DNA of 48,119 nt from Chromera velia (Eukaryota): NCBI GenBank assembly GCA_018398765.1, contig JAHBMJ010000424.1:1-48119 (forward strand), in the 5' to 3' direction. Positions 11,697-24,000 of the stretch are shown piece by piece (position 1 is the first letter of the stretch; the number at the start of each line of letters is the position of its first letter). The notes under the pieces are model-generated. The model ran no database searches, was not told the origin of the DNA, and was given only the letters and a program-made list of their open reading frames with translations. Made by a program: the position numbers and the translations under genes.

Positions 11697-11790
11697 CCTA
11701 GATGCATGCATGCATGGATTGGACAAGGAACCTAGATGCATGCATGGATTGGACAAGGAACCTAGATGCATGCATGGATTGGACAAGGAA
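11697..11790. repeat. 30-bp tandem repeat, three copies (CCTAGATGCATGCATGGATTGGACAAGGAA)
   Basis: Exact copies at 11731 and 11761; the copy at 11697 has one extra TGCA. Confidence 0.9.
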
Positions 11791-12643
11791 GGAAGAAAGG
11801 GAGGAAGGAGGGAGGGACCTATGATGATGTCCCTCGACAAGGTACGAAGGAAGCAGGAGAGCCTCAGTGACACAGACAGACAGAAGGTGTGTGCGAGCAG
11901 AAGAAAGTCCCTTCTCTGACCTTCAGTGCCTGTTTGTACACGTCGACTTAATTCAGGAAGGAAGGAAGCCGATCGATCCTCCCTCCCAGAGAATCGTTAA
12001 TTTCCAAAACTCCTCACGGCTCTCTGTCCCTGAAGACAGACAAACAACTTCTCTCTGACGGCCGGCCGGCCCTCCCAAAAATCTCCCGCTCCTACATCAA
12101 TCCCCCCCCCCGTCTCCTTTTTAGAGATCGCCCTTTCTCCTTAATTCGCTGATATGAAGCCACGCACAACACCTTCCCTCCTACATGAGAACGGATGGGT
12201 CCGCACTGTTTAGCTCGGACGATCAGATGAAGAAACCAACACAAAAGAATTGAATTAAGAAAGGGACGAGAGAAGACTCAGAGAGAGAGGGAGAGATTTG
12301 TGAAACAAATCAAAGGAAGTGACTTTCCTTCCTTCCTGCAGGGAACAAAAATGGCCAGCAGAGTCGCTAGCTTAATGCCACGTGTGTCAGTTTTGCCTCC
12401 CACGTCTCATCAAAAGGATGATCGATTGCCTTGGGCAATCAATCTGGCATCTCTCTCTCTTTTTCTTTTTCTCCCACTCTCCTTTATTCTCTTCAACTCT
12501 GTCAAGAAGTCCGCATGCAGACAGACCCGTTACTTCCTTCTGTCCAGCGTTACTGCATCCACTGACGCACCCGTCCTCTACACCTCTCTATCTATTCCTT
12601 CCTAGCTTTCAATCAAAGGATTTGATCACATCCATGCATGCAG

Positions 12644-14314
12644 TCAGCGTTTGTGTGTGTACTGCCTGGCGGGCCCGTGCTCTACCCACACAGTTGCCGG
12701 GGCCTGGCCTTTTGCGGCCTTCCGCAGAAGCACACTTCCACCCTCTGCTGCACCCACCAGCGCATCTACCAACTCGAGCTCTAGCACACTGAGACCCTGT
12801 ACCAGTCTTTCTCTCTCCCCCTTCTGCTGTCCTTTCAATTCTTTCTCAAGACGTCTCCGGCGCTGCAGGTGTGCTACCATCTCCGGCGAGGGTTTTCCCT
12901 TTGCCTTCCCCTTCCCTTTTCCCTTCTCCCCCTCATTCGTATTCTCACTCTGTGGTAATGCCGCAGCCTCACCCTCCATCTGTCGTGAGAGGGAGGCAAG
13001 GGCTTCAGACTGAGAGGCCTCTACCGCCTCAACTGCGGCCTCAATCTCCTTCACGCGGGAGGGCTCCACCGTCTCGACTGCTTTCCGCTCAAACGCTGCC
13101 CCAATAGGCAAATGGTCTGAAGGGCACTTCATGTTGGGGAGGCCTGCCATCTCAGACTCTCTATCTGCCTCTAGAGTCTCCCACAAGGTGTGGAGACGCA
13201 AACTGGAACCTGAAAAGAGAAAATGGTCCAGCTTGAACGACACACACGGTCCGGCTGTCGCTCCATACCCGTAGCCCGAACGTGTGGGGCCCGTTGGGGC
13301 TCTTTCCAGCCGCACTCGGCGCTCTCGTACAGCTAGCATTGCCTCTTTATGCAGGGCCCTCCACTGATCCAGTTGCTCGACACTCGGGGTTTGATTGGCA
13401 TTGTCTTTCTCTTTCTCAGCCACCCCCTCCCCCCCTTCCAGTCCCTCCTTTTCGACTTCACACTGGGCCGATGCCGCCGCACTCGCACTCTTCTGGTTCC
13501 CTCCCTCCTCCTCTTCCATCGGCATATCGGAAGAATCGAGACGGAGCGCAGCACGGCACTCCTCAACTAACTCTTCTTCCGTCGGCTTTGCAGTGAGGGA
13601 GTCGAACCGTGCGACTGCCGTACCGGGGGCAAAGTCCGTGTTCATGTCACCACAGATGATGAGGTCTGTACAGCCATACATCTCCTTGGATACCACCAAG
13701 GCTTGGCAAAGCTGCTTGACTCTCTTTGCCTCGTCTGTAGCATCTAAGTGGACGCTCGTGAAGGCACACGGCCGGGGGTTGACTGCAAGGGCAGATCCCT
13801 GCTGCGGTTGGAGACACACGGAGACTCTCGTGCTCTGGTGCCTGGTGTCCTTGTCCTGCGGTGAGGGCTGCAGTCTCTCCCGACGCCAGAGCACGGCATT
13901 GCCTATGGCTACGTACTGACCGAGAACACGCTTGTTGCGCTCTGCCATCTCTGTCATCTCCTCAAGAGACGGGAGGCGCCACTCATATCCTTCCAACTGA
14001 AGGAAGTCAGGCAGAGAGAAGGCTGGGGCTGTTCCCCCTCCTGCCTCTGAAGAAGAGAACTGGACTTCTTGGAGACAAATGACGTCGGCCCGACTTTCCT
14101 CCAACTCCTTTCGGAGACGGGGCCACCGAACTTCCCACGCCAACACCTGGTCGGCAGGTTCCGCCCACAGAAACGCAGCGAAGGCCTGAACCTGACCGGT
14201 TCGAAGGTCGAGAGGCCGAACGTAGATGGGTGCAAGAAGATTATACGAGAGAACGCGAAGGTACTCTGGGTTGAGAGTCCCCAAGGACGTGTTTTTGGGA
14301 ACAATACTGACCAT
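12644..14314 (-). CDS. Endonuclease/exonuclease/phosphatase (EEP) family protein, CCR4/nocturnin/Angel/PDE12-like, 556 aa, intronless
   Basis: Full EEP motif set: VLSYNLLA, ADVICLQEV, GNAVLWRR, SVHL, IICGDMN, KLDHFLFS, CPSDHLPIGAAF. First ATG is at 14314; the track start at 14353 is TTG. Confidence 0.9.
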   Translation of the reverse strand: MVSIVPKNTSLGTLNPEYLRVLSYNLLAPIYVRPLDLRTGQVQAFAAFLWAEPADQVLAWEVRWPRLRKELEESRADVICLQEVQFSSSEAGGGTAPAFSLPDFLQLEGYEWRLPSLEEMTEMAERNKRVLGQYVAIGNAVLWRRERLQPSPQDKDTRHQSTRVSVCLQPQQGSALAVNPRPCAFTSVHLDATDEAKRVKQLCQALVVSKEMYGCTDLIICGDMNTDFAPGTAVARFDSLTAKPTEEELVEECRAALRLDSSDMPMEEEEGGNQKSASAAASAQCEVEKEGLEGGEGVAEKEKDNANQTPSVEQLDQWRALHKEAMLAVRERRVRLERAPTGPTRSGYGYGATAGPCVSFKLDHFLFSGSSLRLHTLWETLEADRESEMAGLPNMKCPSDHLPIGAAFERKAVETVEPSRVKEIEAAVEAVEASQSEALASLSRQMEGEAAALPQSENTNEGEKGKGKGKAKGKPSPEMVAHLQRRRRLEKELKGQQKGERERLVQGLSVLELELVDALVGAAEGGSVLLRKAAKGQAPATVWVEHGPARQYTHKR

Positions 14315-17300
14315 TCTCGCGCACTGCAGAAAGAGAACAATGCGTTCTCTCAATGCTGCCTATACGGGGCAGACGAGATCTCCTCCGCAGTAAGCTGAAA
14401 TGATTTTTTTCACCGCGACAGAGCGATTTTCAACTCACTTGGGTCTCAGGCACTGCTCAGTCAGTTTCTGTCCGCCATTTGAAAAAGCAGCCTCTGAAAG
14501 TCTTTTGGGGACCACTGGCTCAGGTATATTGTCGCGGTATTCAAAAATGTTACAGATACAAAGGAACCCGAAGAAGTCCAGAGAAGCCCCGAGAATCCCG
14601 GAGAATATCAGAGAAGCTCTAGCTATGCTCTAGCATGCTCTAGCTGCCTCGTCCTGAAGAGCATCCGACATGCAGCCATGAGACGGCCTCACGTGCATGA
14701 TGAGCTGAATCTTATAGAAGTGCGGCAGTACATCTGACGCACTCCGTGCGAATGGCCCGGAAAGCGAAATTTATTCTTGTTGCCCCTGCTTTAAATTTGG
14801 AAAGTGCCTCCTCAGCTGAATTGTCTTTCCGGGGCCGAGCTTGGCGTGCGTCAGATCTTCCTGTAAACGTCGGACGCAGCCATCGGTGTGGTCTGGGGGG
14901 GTACAATTTTTGTTAAATGCCCTCTCAGCTTCGCTTTCCGGGCCAAAAGGCCCTTAGAACCAAAAAAAGAACATAAGACTGAAAATCTTAAAGTACTGTA
15001 CGTGACAAAATATTTTATCTTCCTACCCAATCATCTCTTTATCTTATATCTCTCGTTCTTTTCACCACTCCCTTCACCACCAACAGTTTAGGGTATAAAA
15101 GGATGATCTTTCTTTCTTTATGACTATTCTTCTGTTCTCTTCTATGCTCGAAACAGTACTTACTGTCTCCTCACCGTCTCGCCATCGCCAACGCACGCAG
15201 CCTCACGCCTCCGCACGCACATTCCGCGCACCCGATTCTTTTTTCTTAAGGCACTAACTAATATCTCGTACTGCCGCATCTATTCTAAGATTTAGCCGCT
15301 GGGCATGCATGGGCCATCATGCCCTTTTGAGGACCGTGCGTCAACTCTAGAGTCATCTCTGTCTGCCTGATTCTGCCTGACAGTGCCTGCCTCTTTACTA
15401 GTCTCTGTTTCGATTCCAAAGTGCTGTATCGGCGCAAGCCAATCTCTGGCACTGGACCGCGCGGGGATTGTTGGCAAGATTGATTACCTGAGCAATGGTA
15501 ATTGTTCGAATATTAATTCCAATTTTATCTTATCTTATAACCTACTGTGTAAGTTTGTGGAACTCTACGTGTAACAGTTGTAAAGCTTAATTAGTAAAGC
15601 TACTAGTACCTACTAGCTGACCGGGAAGCCTGACCCATATGTTATAACATGACAGACTACCGACTTTCGATCTTATCTCCTACTATCTCCTACACTACCT
15701 TAAATAATGATTAATAATCATAAACTTGGAGATAGACATATTTATGCTTAAATGATGCTTTAGATATAGTTAGATATCCCTAAACATATTCCGCAGCACT
15801 CGTTTGCTACGCACCGTTTTAGAAGACCACTCTAGACTACGTAGGACTACCGACTTTCAAACTTATTTAATATAGCGACGGATATTAAGCGACTGTGACC
15901 CGAACATACACGTTCTGCACTGCTAGTTATAACCAATTATACGAAGCTATACCTAGAGCTGTACATACATAACATGGTATAGGTTTTAAATTCATATATT
16001 TTCATAATCATATTCAATCTTTTATTACAATTTTTCTATTAATCAACATTCAACCCTTTATGTCTATTCTTATTCATTGAGAAATCAGTTGCACATATTG
16101 CATATATATGCATCTTTTTTTCTTCGCGTCGGTGATACTGGAATGGATTCTTCCTGGGAAAATTGTGGGTAAGCAGAAAATTGTGGGCTCACTCATTGCA
16201 GCTGAAAAAAGAGTCGATCTAAGCTGATCAGTCTGAAGAAATACACTTTTCTAAGCAGCTGTCTGAAAAAGGTGCACCTGTCATGACCGGAGCACGCCAG
16301 GGCGGGCAAAGGGGACAAAATAGAAGGAGCGGAAAGGAAAATGGCGAACCGATCTTAAAGACACGAATGAACGCAAGAAAGATGGAAATAATTGAATTCA
16401 TAAAGAGACATGCAGACAGACAGACCCCTTGAGAGAGAGAGAGAGACCCCCTCGCTCGGGATCTGAACGGCTCTCTGGGGTGAACAAACAACACCGACAT
16501 ACTCGATCACACCACCGTTCGTCATGCATCGAGGAATGTTTCCAGGAGGGCATGGCTTTCTCTCACTCACTCACAGCCACCATGCAAAGATCAAACAGAC
16601 AAACAACAGGTCGGATGGATGGACAACAGTCACACACAAATTTGCTTAGTTGCAATCAGGAACACAAATGAAGAAACAAACTACTGGCTGACCGTCTCAC
16701 TGGAAGGAAAATCACTGACTGACTGAAATAAATAAATAAAGAAAGAAAGAAAGAAAAGAAAGAAAGAAAGAAAGAAAGAAAGAAAACAATCACAGAGACA
16801 TGCGATTTAAAGACAAAAAAAGGTCGAACAAATCTCATAGGGATTGGTCAGATAAACCCAATCAGATCCTTCCAAAGATTCGAGGGAATGAGACGCTGTG
16901 GTGATTTGGCGATACAATTTCTTCCGTCTTTTCTCTCTCTTTCTCTTTCTTTTTTTCCTTCCTTCTTTTTTGTCTCCCTGTCTCTCTGTCTTCCTTCCTT
17001 TCCCTGTGGGATCGAAAACTCAAATACTGCTCGACTGTCTTTCATTCTCTCTCTCTCTTTCTTTCGTAGGTTCGATGCACGTCACGCAAAGACAGAATAT
17101 CACTCACTTCCTTGATCGCATCGCGTGCTGTCACCCACTTCTCTTCCTGTCTTGTCTGTACTTTCGGCGGGCCCCAAAGCCAATCTACAGTCTTTCCGTG
17201 ACCGGCTGCGGGTGCAAAAAGGCGAGGCGAGGATGAATCAGAGAAGGAACAATCCCAGCATGCTCTCATACGCATATACGCACAAATAAATGCAAGGAAG

Positions 17301-18969
17301 TGCAAAGTCCAAGTAGAGTCATCAATCAGTCAATTGATTCAACGCCTTTCGTCTCCTCTTCCTCGGACGATAGCGTCGTCTTTCTAACCAATGATTCTTT
17401 TCCTACTTACTCTCCAATCCGCGAGCCCCCCAAGACCCCCCCCATTTTGATGCTAGTCTCCACGAGCAACACACCACCACTCTACAGTGAGGCAGGCGCC
17501 GCAAGGGAGGCAGGGGGGGACGGAGCAAAACGCACAACGACAATCGATGAACAGTGGCACAAGCAGCGATGCTTTTATGCAATTGCTGTGCAAAAGAAGG
17601 GGACATGCAGACATACACAAATGAGAAACGGAGAGGAAGAAGAAAGGGCAAAGCAGTCAAGTCAAACAAACGAAGAAGAAAACAAACAAAAAACACAAAC
17701 AAACAGGCAGACACACGACAGACACAGACACACACACACACGCACACACACACAGAGAAAGAGAGAGAGAGCACACACACACACACACACACACACAAAG
17801 AGAAAGAGAGACAGAGGCCTTCTGGAGGTGAACAGGCTCCTCGAGGTACTCATTCATTCATTCTTCCTTCCATCTATTTTTCGTTCAGTTCATGCATTTA
17901 CCTTCTCACAAACAAATCCATTCACTGCCTCTCGCTGGGTTGGGGTGAGAGGGAGGGAGGGAGGGAAGAAGGCAGATAGACGGACAACATGACAATATGA
18001 ACAACTCAGACAGAAAGAAAGAAAGAAAGAAGGGCAGGGAGGCAGGAAAGATCGATGGGAAGATAAAAGAAAAGAAGGAAAGCTGCATGCATGAAGGTCA
18101 ACCTACCGTGCAATGCACAGAGAGAGAGAGACGGGGAGAGAAACCATCCAATCATCCATCTCTCAGGAAGTGCGCATACACAGAGGCCTCAGTTCATGCA
18201 CATGGCCATACACATGCAGTTGATGCCGTGTCTTTTGAGGGTGGCTCTGTTCACACGGTGGACTGACGCTTCTGTTCTTCTGCCGACAATAAAAAAAGAA
18301 GGGCATGCAGGCAGGCGCTGATCAGAAGAGGAAAGAGGAAGGGCAAAGAGAAAAGAAGAGCAACGCAGGAAGGAAGGACAGTCACAGAGCGAACTGAACA
18401 GAACAGAACAAAGACAAAGAAAATTACACCTTTACTTGCCCTACTGCTGCACAAACCGAAAGCATTCAGTTGGTCATTCATTCATTCACTTGCTCACTCG
18501 ATCATCAAAGACTCATTCATGTAGTTGATTTGTTGATATACCAGCCAGCGGTGCCCACTTCAAGTCTGTCTCTCTTTCTGCCTTCTTTCCAATCTTTCTT
18601 TCCCCCCTTCTTACTATTCTTCCATTCATTTCTTCCTATTTATTCGTTGATCAACTCACTCTGTCCATGTTGCACAAGTGCTTCTTCCTTCAGTTCACAT
18701 CTGTAAACACGCACAGCACAGCAGAGATATACATCGACGGACCGCAAGTTCTTGCAAGTACAAAAGAGAGACGTACGAGCAAAAGGGAAATCAAATGAAA
18801 TCGGAAGAAGTGAAGAAAGTCACCGACAGAGAGGCAACAGCGACCCCACGCCCATCACCGACTACGCGGACGGACCGCGTCTTGACGACCATGGGACAGA
18901 AGAGACACGACACCGTCGCCGTCATAAGCTAGTTCCGCTCTCTCCCCCCCCCCCCCCCCCCCCCCCCCC

Positions 18970-19099
18970 NNNNNNNNNNNNNNNNNNNNNNNNNNNNNNN
19001 NNNNNNNNNNNNNNNNNNNNNNNNNNNNNNNNNNNNNNNNNNNNNNNNNNNNNNNNNNNNNNNNNNNNNNNNNNNNNNNNNNNNNNNNNNNNNNNNNNN
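18970..19099. other. Assembly gap (130 N) after a poly-C run
   Basis: Run of N. Confidence 1.
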
Positions 19100-21098
19100 C
19101 TCCCTCTCACGAACACTAAAAAGGTTCCTGCAGGTCTGTCGCGTGCACGTTGAGTGTCTGAAACGCTCATTGTTTGTTTGTACGTCTCTTTCTTTCTTTC
19201 TTTCTTTCTTTCTGTCTTTCTTTCTTTGTTTTTCTCGTCGGAATACTCAGCCAGCCAGCCAGTGAGTGTTCATGCATGCTCCTCTTTGCTTGCTCTATTT
19301 CAGAACCAACGGTCGCGAGTTGGCAAGCAATCACGACATCTTTCTCTTTCTACTTGTCTTGTCTGTCCACCTTTGCGTGCGTCAATCATTGTCGTCGTCA
19401 GTCAGGATAAAGGAGCTCCCTCCTGAAAGGAAGGATGTGTTGGTCTATCTGGAAAAAAGGGCCTCGCTGTCTGAGTGTAGTGGATCGCGTGAGGGAGGGC
19501 GCACAGCAACCTTCCATTCCGACGAGCTGTCGGAAAGAAGGAACGAACTCTGAATGCTTGCTTCGGGCGGAAAGGGACGAGCAAAACTAAAAAACGAAAG
19601 AAAGAAAGAAAAAACCAACAAACAAACAATCCATTCGCCTCTTCGATCCCTCTTGACACGCCCCAACACTCTTTTTCTCTTACGCAGGTCCCGATCATTC
19701 GTATTCCTTCCTTCCTTCCTTCCTTCTTGCTTGCTTCATTCTCGACGTGCCCGCCTCGTACTGTCTTTCTTTTCTGACAGAGGGAGAACTCAAACATTCA
19801 TTCAGGTGAAGAATAAGAGGAAGGAAAACACTCAGGGACGAAGGAAGGAGAACACCACATACACATTCGAATACGCGCATGCAAGCGAAGGGAGGGGGGG
19901 GAGAGAAGAAACGGGGCCTGCAGGAGAGGAGAGGAGAGGGGGAACAGAAGAGAAGAGGGGAGAAGAGAAAAGAAGAGGAGAGGAGCAGGGGTAGTTGGAA
20001 GGAAGGAAGGAAAGGAGAGGCGATTCATTAACGCAAGCAGGAAGGAAGGGAGTGTATTTGTTTGATGCACGGAAGGAAAGAAGAAAAGAAAGAAGAGAAG
20101 ATAAGAGAGAAAAGAAGAAGCTCCAACAACACTCATGAGTATCGACCGGATAGAAAGACAGAGCTTTTTTGATTTTCTTTCTCTCTGTTTGAAGTTCTGA
20201 AGAGGCTTGAGAGAAGAAGTAGGCCTCGATAAGTGAATCAATCCTTTTTTTCATTTATCCTGATTTTGATTTTACGCACCATTTTTTCTTTCTGGTTTTG
20301 GTTCTGCCTCTTGTTGCGTTTCATTCCGAGTCTTCGGCCAGCAGATAGACAAACGATGTTGCTGTCTCATGCACTTATGCAGGGGGCGTACTGCTTCCTC
20401 CCTTCCTCCCTTTGTAGAGTGCGAATGCAGAAGAAGATGGAGAGACACAAGTCACCAGTGAAAGAAAAGGAAGCGAAGGCGGAAGGAACGAAAGCACTTC
20501 TTCTTCATGAGGTCCCGCCAAAATGCCCAGTTTATCACAGAACAAGAAGAAGAAGAAAAGAGAACAGAGGAAAATGCATCCGTCAAAAAAGGTCCATGCC
20601 CCTTCTCCCTTCCAGAGCCTTTCAAACCGACACAGAAAAAGGAAAACACGTGAAAAACAAAAACAAGAAACAGTGCAGAACAGAAAAAGGATGAGACCTA
20701 ACCTCGCCCCCTTCCGACTTCTCCTTCCCTCCCTCCCAAAGAACACACACCACCTTCCTTCCAGCACTCCTTCCCCTTCCCCCCCCCTCTCTTTCCCTGT
20801 CTTTCGCCTTTCCGAGGTTTACTTTACGTCGTCAATTTCCAAGTCACAAAACGACAACTAAGAGTACGCAAAACCTTATGGTCCAGCCCCAGAACAATGC
20901 CTTGCCTTTTTTTTCTTTTGGCTCACCTATACCACAAGAAAGCAAATCGACAGACACGATCAAGGAAGGATGGAAGAAGCCCCCCACATACACGCACATC
21001 CAACAACACGAGGAAGGAAAAAACTCCCATTCCCTCCCACCTACACACTCTTCCTCCCTCCAGGCTCTACTAAGGCCACCCAAAAATGGCTTATAGGA

Positions 21099-24000
21099 TC
21101 AGCTACGGGCACCCCCCCTGCCTCCCGTTCCTCCAGGGCCGGGGTAGTTGTAAGGGTGTTGTTGCTGCTGATGGGGATGAGGACCCAAAATGCCACCACC
21201 CTGATTGCCCCCCAAAAAATTACCCCCACCTCGAGGGTCACCCCCCGGCTGCTGACCGAATGGACCACCCGGCTGTTGTTGCTGCTGCTGCTGCGGTCCC
21301 CCCAAATGGAACTGCGAAGGGGGGGGCATTCCCATCCCCCCCCCATGCATCTGCATGTGGGGGAAATTGGAACCTCCAGAAGGATCCATAGGGGACATTT
21401 GCCCCCCATTTTCTCTCTGCTGCTGCTGGGATGGGAACTGAGGAGGACCCCCCCTCGGGCCCCCGGGTCCGGGCCCTTCCCCGTACTGTGGCGGAAGACC
21501 CTGCTGCTGCTGCTGCTGCTGAGGGCCGCCAAATCTGTCCGGGCCCGGCCCTGGCCCCATCCACCCACCTGCAGGTCCATGGTGCTGGTGTTGCTGAGGG
21601 AGGTTCGGGTTGAGGGGTCCACCAATTGGGTGGGTAGACATCGGTCCTCCTCCTCCTCCTCCTCCAGCCCCTGGGGGAGGGAACTGCGGCCGCGGCTGCA
21701 CACCCCCCATCTGCATTCGGGGATCCATCGGAGGATTGTTGGGTTGTTGTTGTTGTTGCCGCATCATTTCTCCTCCTCCTCCTCCTCCAGGTCCGAGAGT
21801 AGGGTGCTGCTGCTGTGGGGTGGGGCCGCTGGGGAATGCAGAACGAGGAGCATACGGCTGCTGCTGTTGTGGTTGTTGAGGACCCATCCCCGGATAGGGC
21901 TGCTGCTGCTGCTGCTGCTGCATGGCTGGGGGGTCATTCTGCTGGTACGTGGGGAGTTCGTTCGGGTGGGGAAGAGGTTGACCTTGAGCGGTTGGGGGGA
22001 GCGTCTGGAGATCCGCCCCTGCTCCTGTCTGCGGAGAGAAACCGGAAGTCATTGGGGCCAGCTGTTGCAGGCGGTTAGAGGAATGAGGTGGACCCCCATG
22101 CATCATGTGCATGTGCTGGTGGGGGTCATGTGGGGGCACCTCCGGCCTCATCGCGCCGACACGGACAAAGTCACTCACCCCTGGCTGCTGCTGCTGCTGC
22201 AAGTGCGGCGGCGGCGGGAGAGAGTTCGAATACGCAGGCGGCGGCGCCATTGCTCCTGCACCTCCATATGGGGCGGGGCCCTCTCCCATACGCTGATGAT
22301 AAGAGGGGGGGGGCATGTCCGGCATTCCCCCGAGCCCCCCGGGGGCATTTGCATTTACTCCAGGCGGGGGGCCCTGCTGCTGTTGCTGAAGGGGCGGCTG
22401 ACCAGCAGGCCAGGGGGCCGCCGTGCCGGGGGGCATTGGCCCTTGGGGGAAATTTGGATTTGGATGATGCGGAGGGTCTCTTGGTCCCCCCAGCTGCTGG
22501 GAAAGGGGACCACCCGGACCGGGGCCAGGCTGCCCCTGCTGCTGCTGCGTGGGGTTCTGCAGGAGCCCGCTGCCAGGCTGCTGCTGCTGCCCTGTTTGTG
22601 CGGTCAGAATGTGGGGGTAAACCGGAGGCAGGCCTCCTGCTGCGTGTGCGAGGGGGTTTCTGGCCATAGGGTGCTGCTGGGGATCCACACCACCACCAGA
22701 CGGGGGCATAGATTCCGCCCCCGCCATAGGGAAGGGGGGAGGGGCCGCAGAGTCCCTCGGGGGTGGGAATGCATCGTGGAGATGAGGGGGTTGGGCACTC
22801 GTCTGGGGCTGCGCCACATGGGGGACCCCCCCTGGACCCATTCCTGTCTGCTGAGGCATCCCGGGCGGGCCCCTCCCCCCCTCTGATGGCGTCATCATGC
22901 CTCCCCCCGCATTGAAGGGCGGGGGTACCTGAGTGGGCATCGGAGGGAAGGCAGCGGAGGCATTGGGGGGGAACCCGGAGTGATCGTGAGTGCTCCCCCC
23001 ACCCAGCCGGGGCTGCAGCGCACCGGCCGTGACGCCTGCTGCTGCTGCTGCGTGCATGGGTCCAGGGCCAACAGAGGGGGCATCTCCCCCTCCTCCTCCT
23101 GGAATAAGACGGGGACCGGATGCGGGCGAGGGTTGCTGATGAGGAGGCTGATGCGGGTGGAAAGCTGCGGGTTCGTGAGGGGGCATGGGCTGCGGGCCTC
23201 CAAGTTGGTTGTGGTGGTGGTGGTGTGGGTGCATGGGGAAGGGTTGTGGAGGACCCCTGCTGTCCAGGTGGCTGGGCTCATCGAAGTCGGGGGGCTGGAG
23301 GGCGCGTGCGTCAATGTGAGGGGGGAGCGTTTCGGGCCGAGAGGAAAGGTGCTGCTGCTGGGCGGGGTGGTGGAAGGGGGACTGATGGGAGGGGAAATTG
23401 GGGGGGCCACCCTGGCCACCGGGGGGAAGATGATTGAAGTGGTCAGGCTGCTGCAGTGGGGGGGGAAAGCGGCCAGGTGGCTGGTTAGCAGCCTTGTTGT
23501 TCAGCTGTCGGAGCGCTTCTGCGGAAGGAGGCACAATCTGGGTCGGGGGAGGGGCAACGGCCGAGGTGTCGTTGAAATCGGGTGGAAGCGCGTTGCCCCG
23601 CGCCCCTCTCTGTAGGGACTCCGCAGTACCCCGCATGGACCCCGCGGCAGAGTCGTGTCTTCTGTCCCCTCTGGAAGCAGAGACGACCCCTGCAACCTCA
23701 AAACCCGGAGGGGGGTGGGGGGAGGGACCTGCAGCAACCGCAGGACGGAAATTCCCTCCTCCTGCTGCTGCCTCTGCCTGCAGCATTTGTCGGGGGAAGT
23801 TTTCGGCTGCTTCGACTGACCGTCCACGCAGGCCCCCGCGGGAGGTCGGGACAGGGACAGGCACAGGGGGATTCGCTGTGAAGGGAGGGATGGAGGGACT
23901 GCGCGCTGCGGCTTCCAGAGGAGCGACAGCATGTGTGCCAAACGGAGGCAGCTGCGAGAGGGGAATCACGCTCTGGGGCGTTCCCTCCTGTGGACCCCCG

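Noticed and set aside
11697..11790. CRISPR-like 30-bp repeats
   Set aside because: Head-to-tail tandem copies without spacers, no cas genes, eukaryotic context.
16200..20900. Many 60-230 aa ORFs
   Set aside because: Low-complexity or microsatellite sequence with no coherent exon chain; probably UTR or intergenic.
20970..22886. 638-aa plus-strand ORF
   Set aside because: Antisense shadow of the GC-rich Pro/Gln exon on the minus strand.
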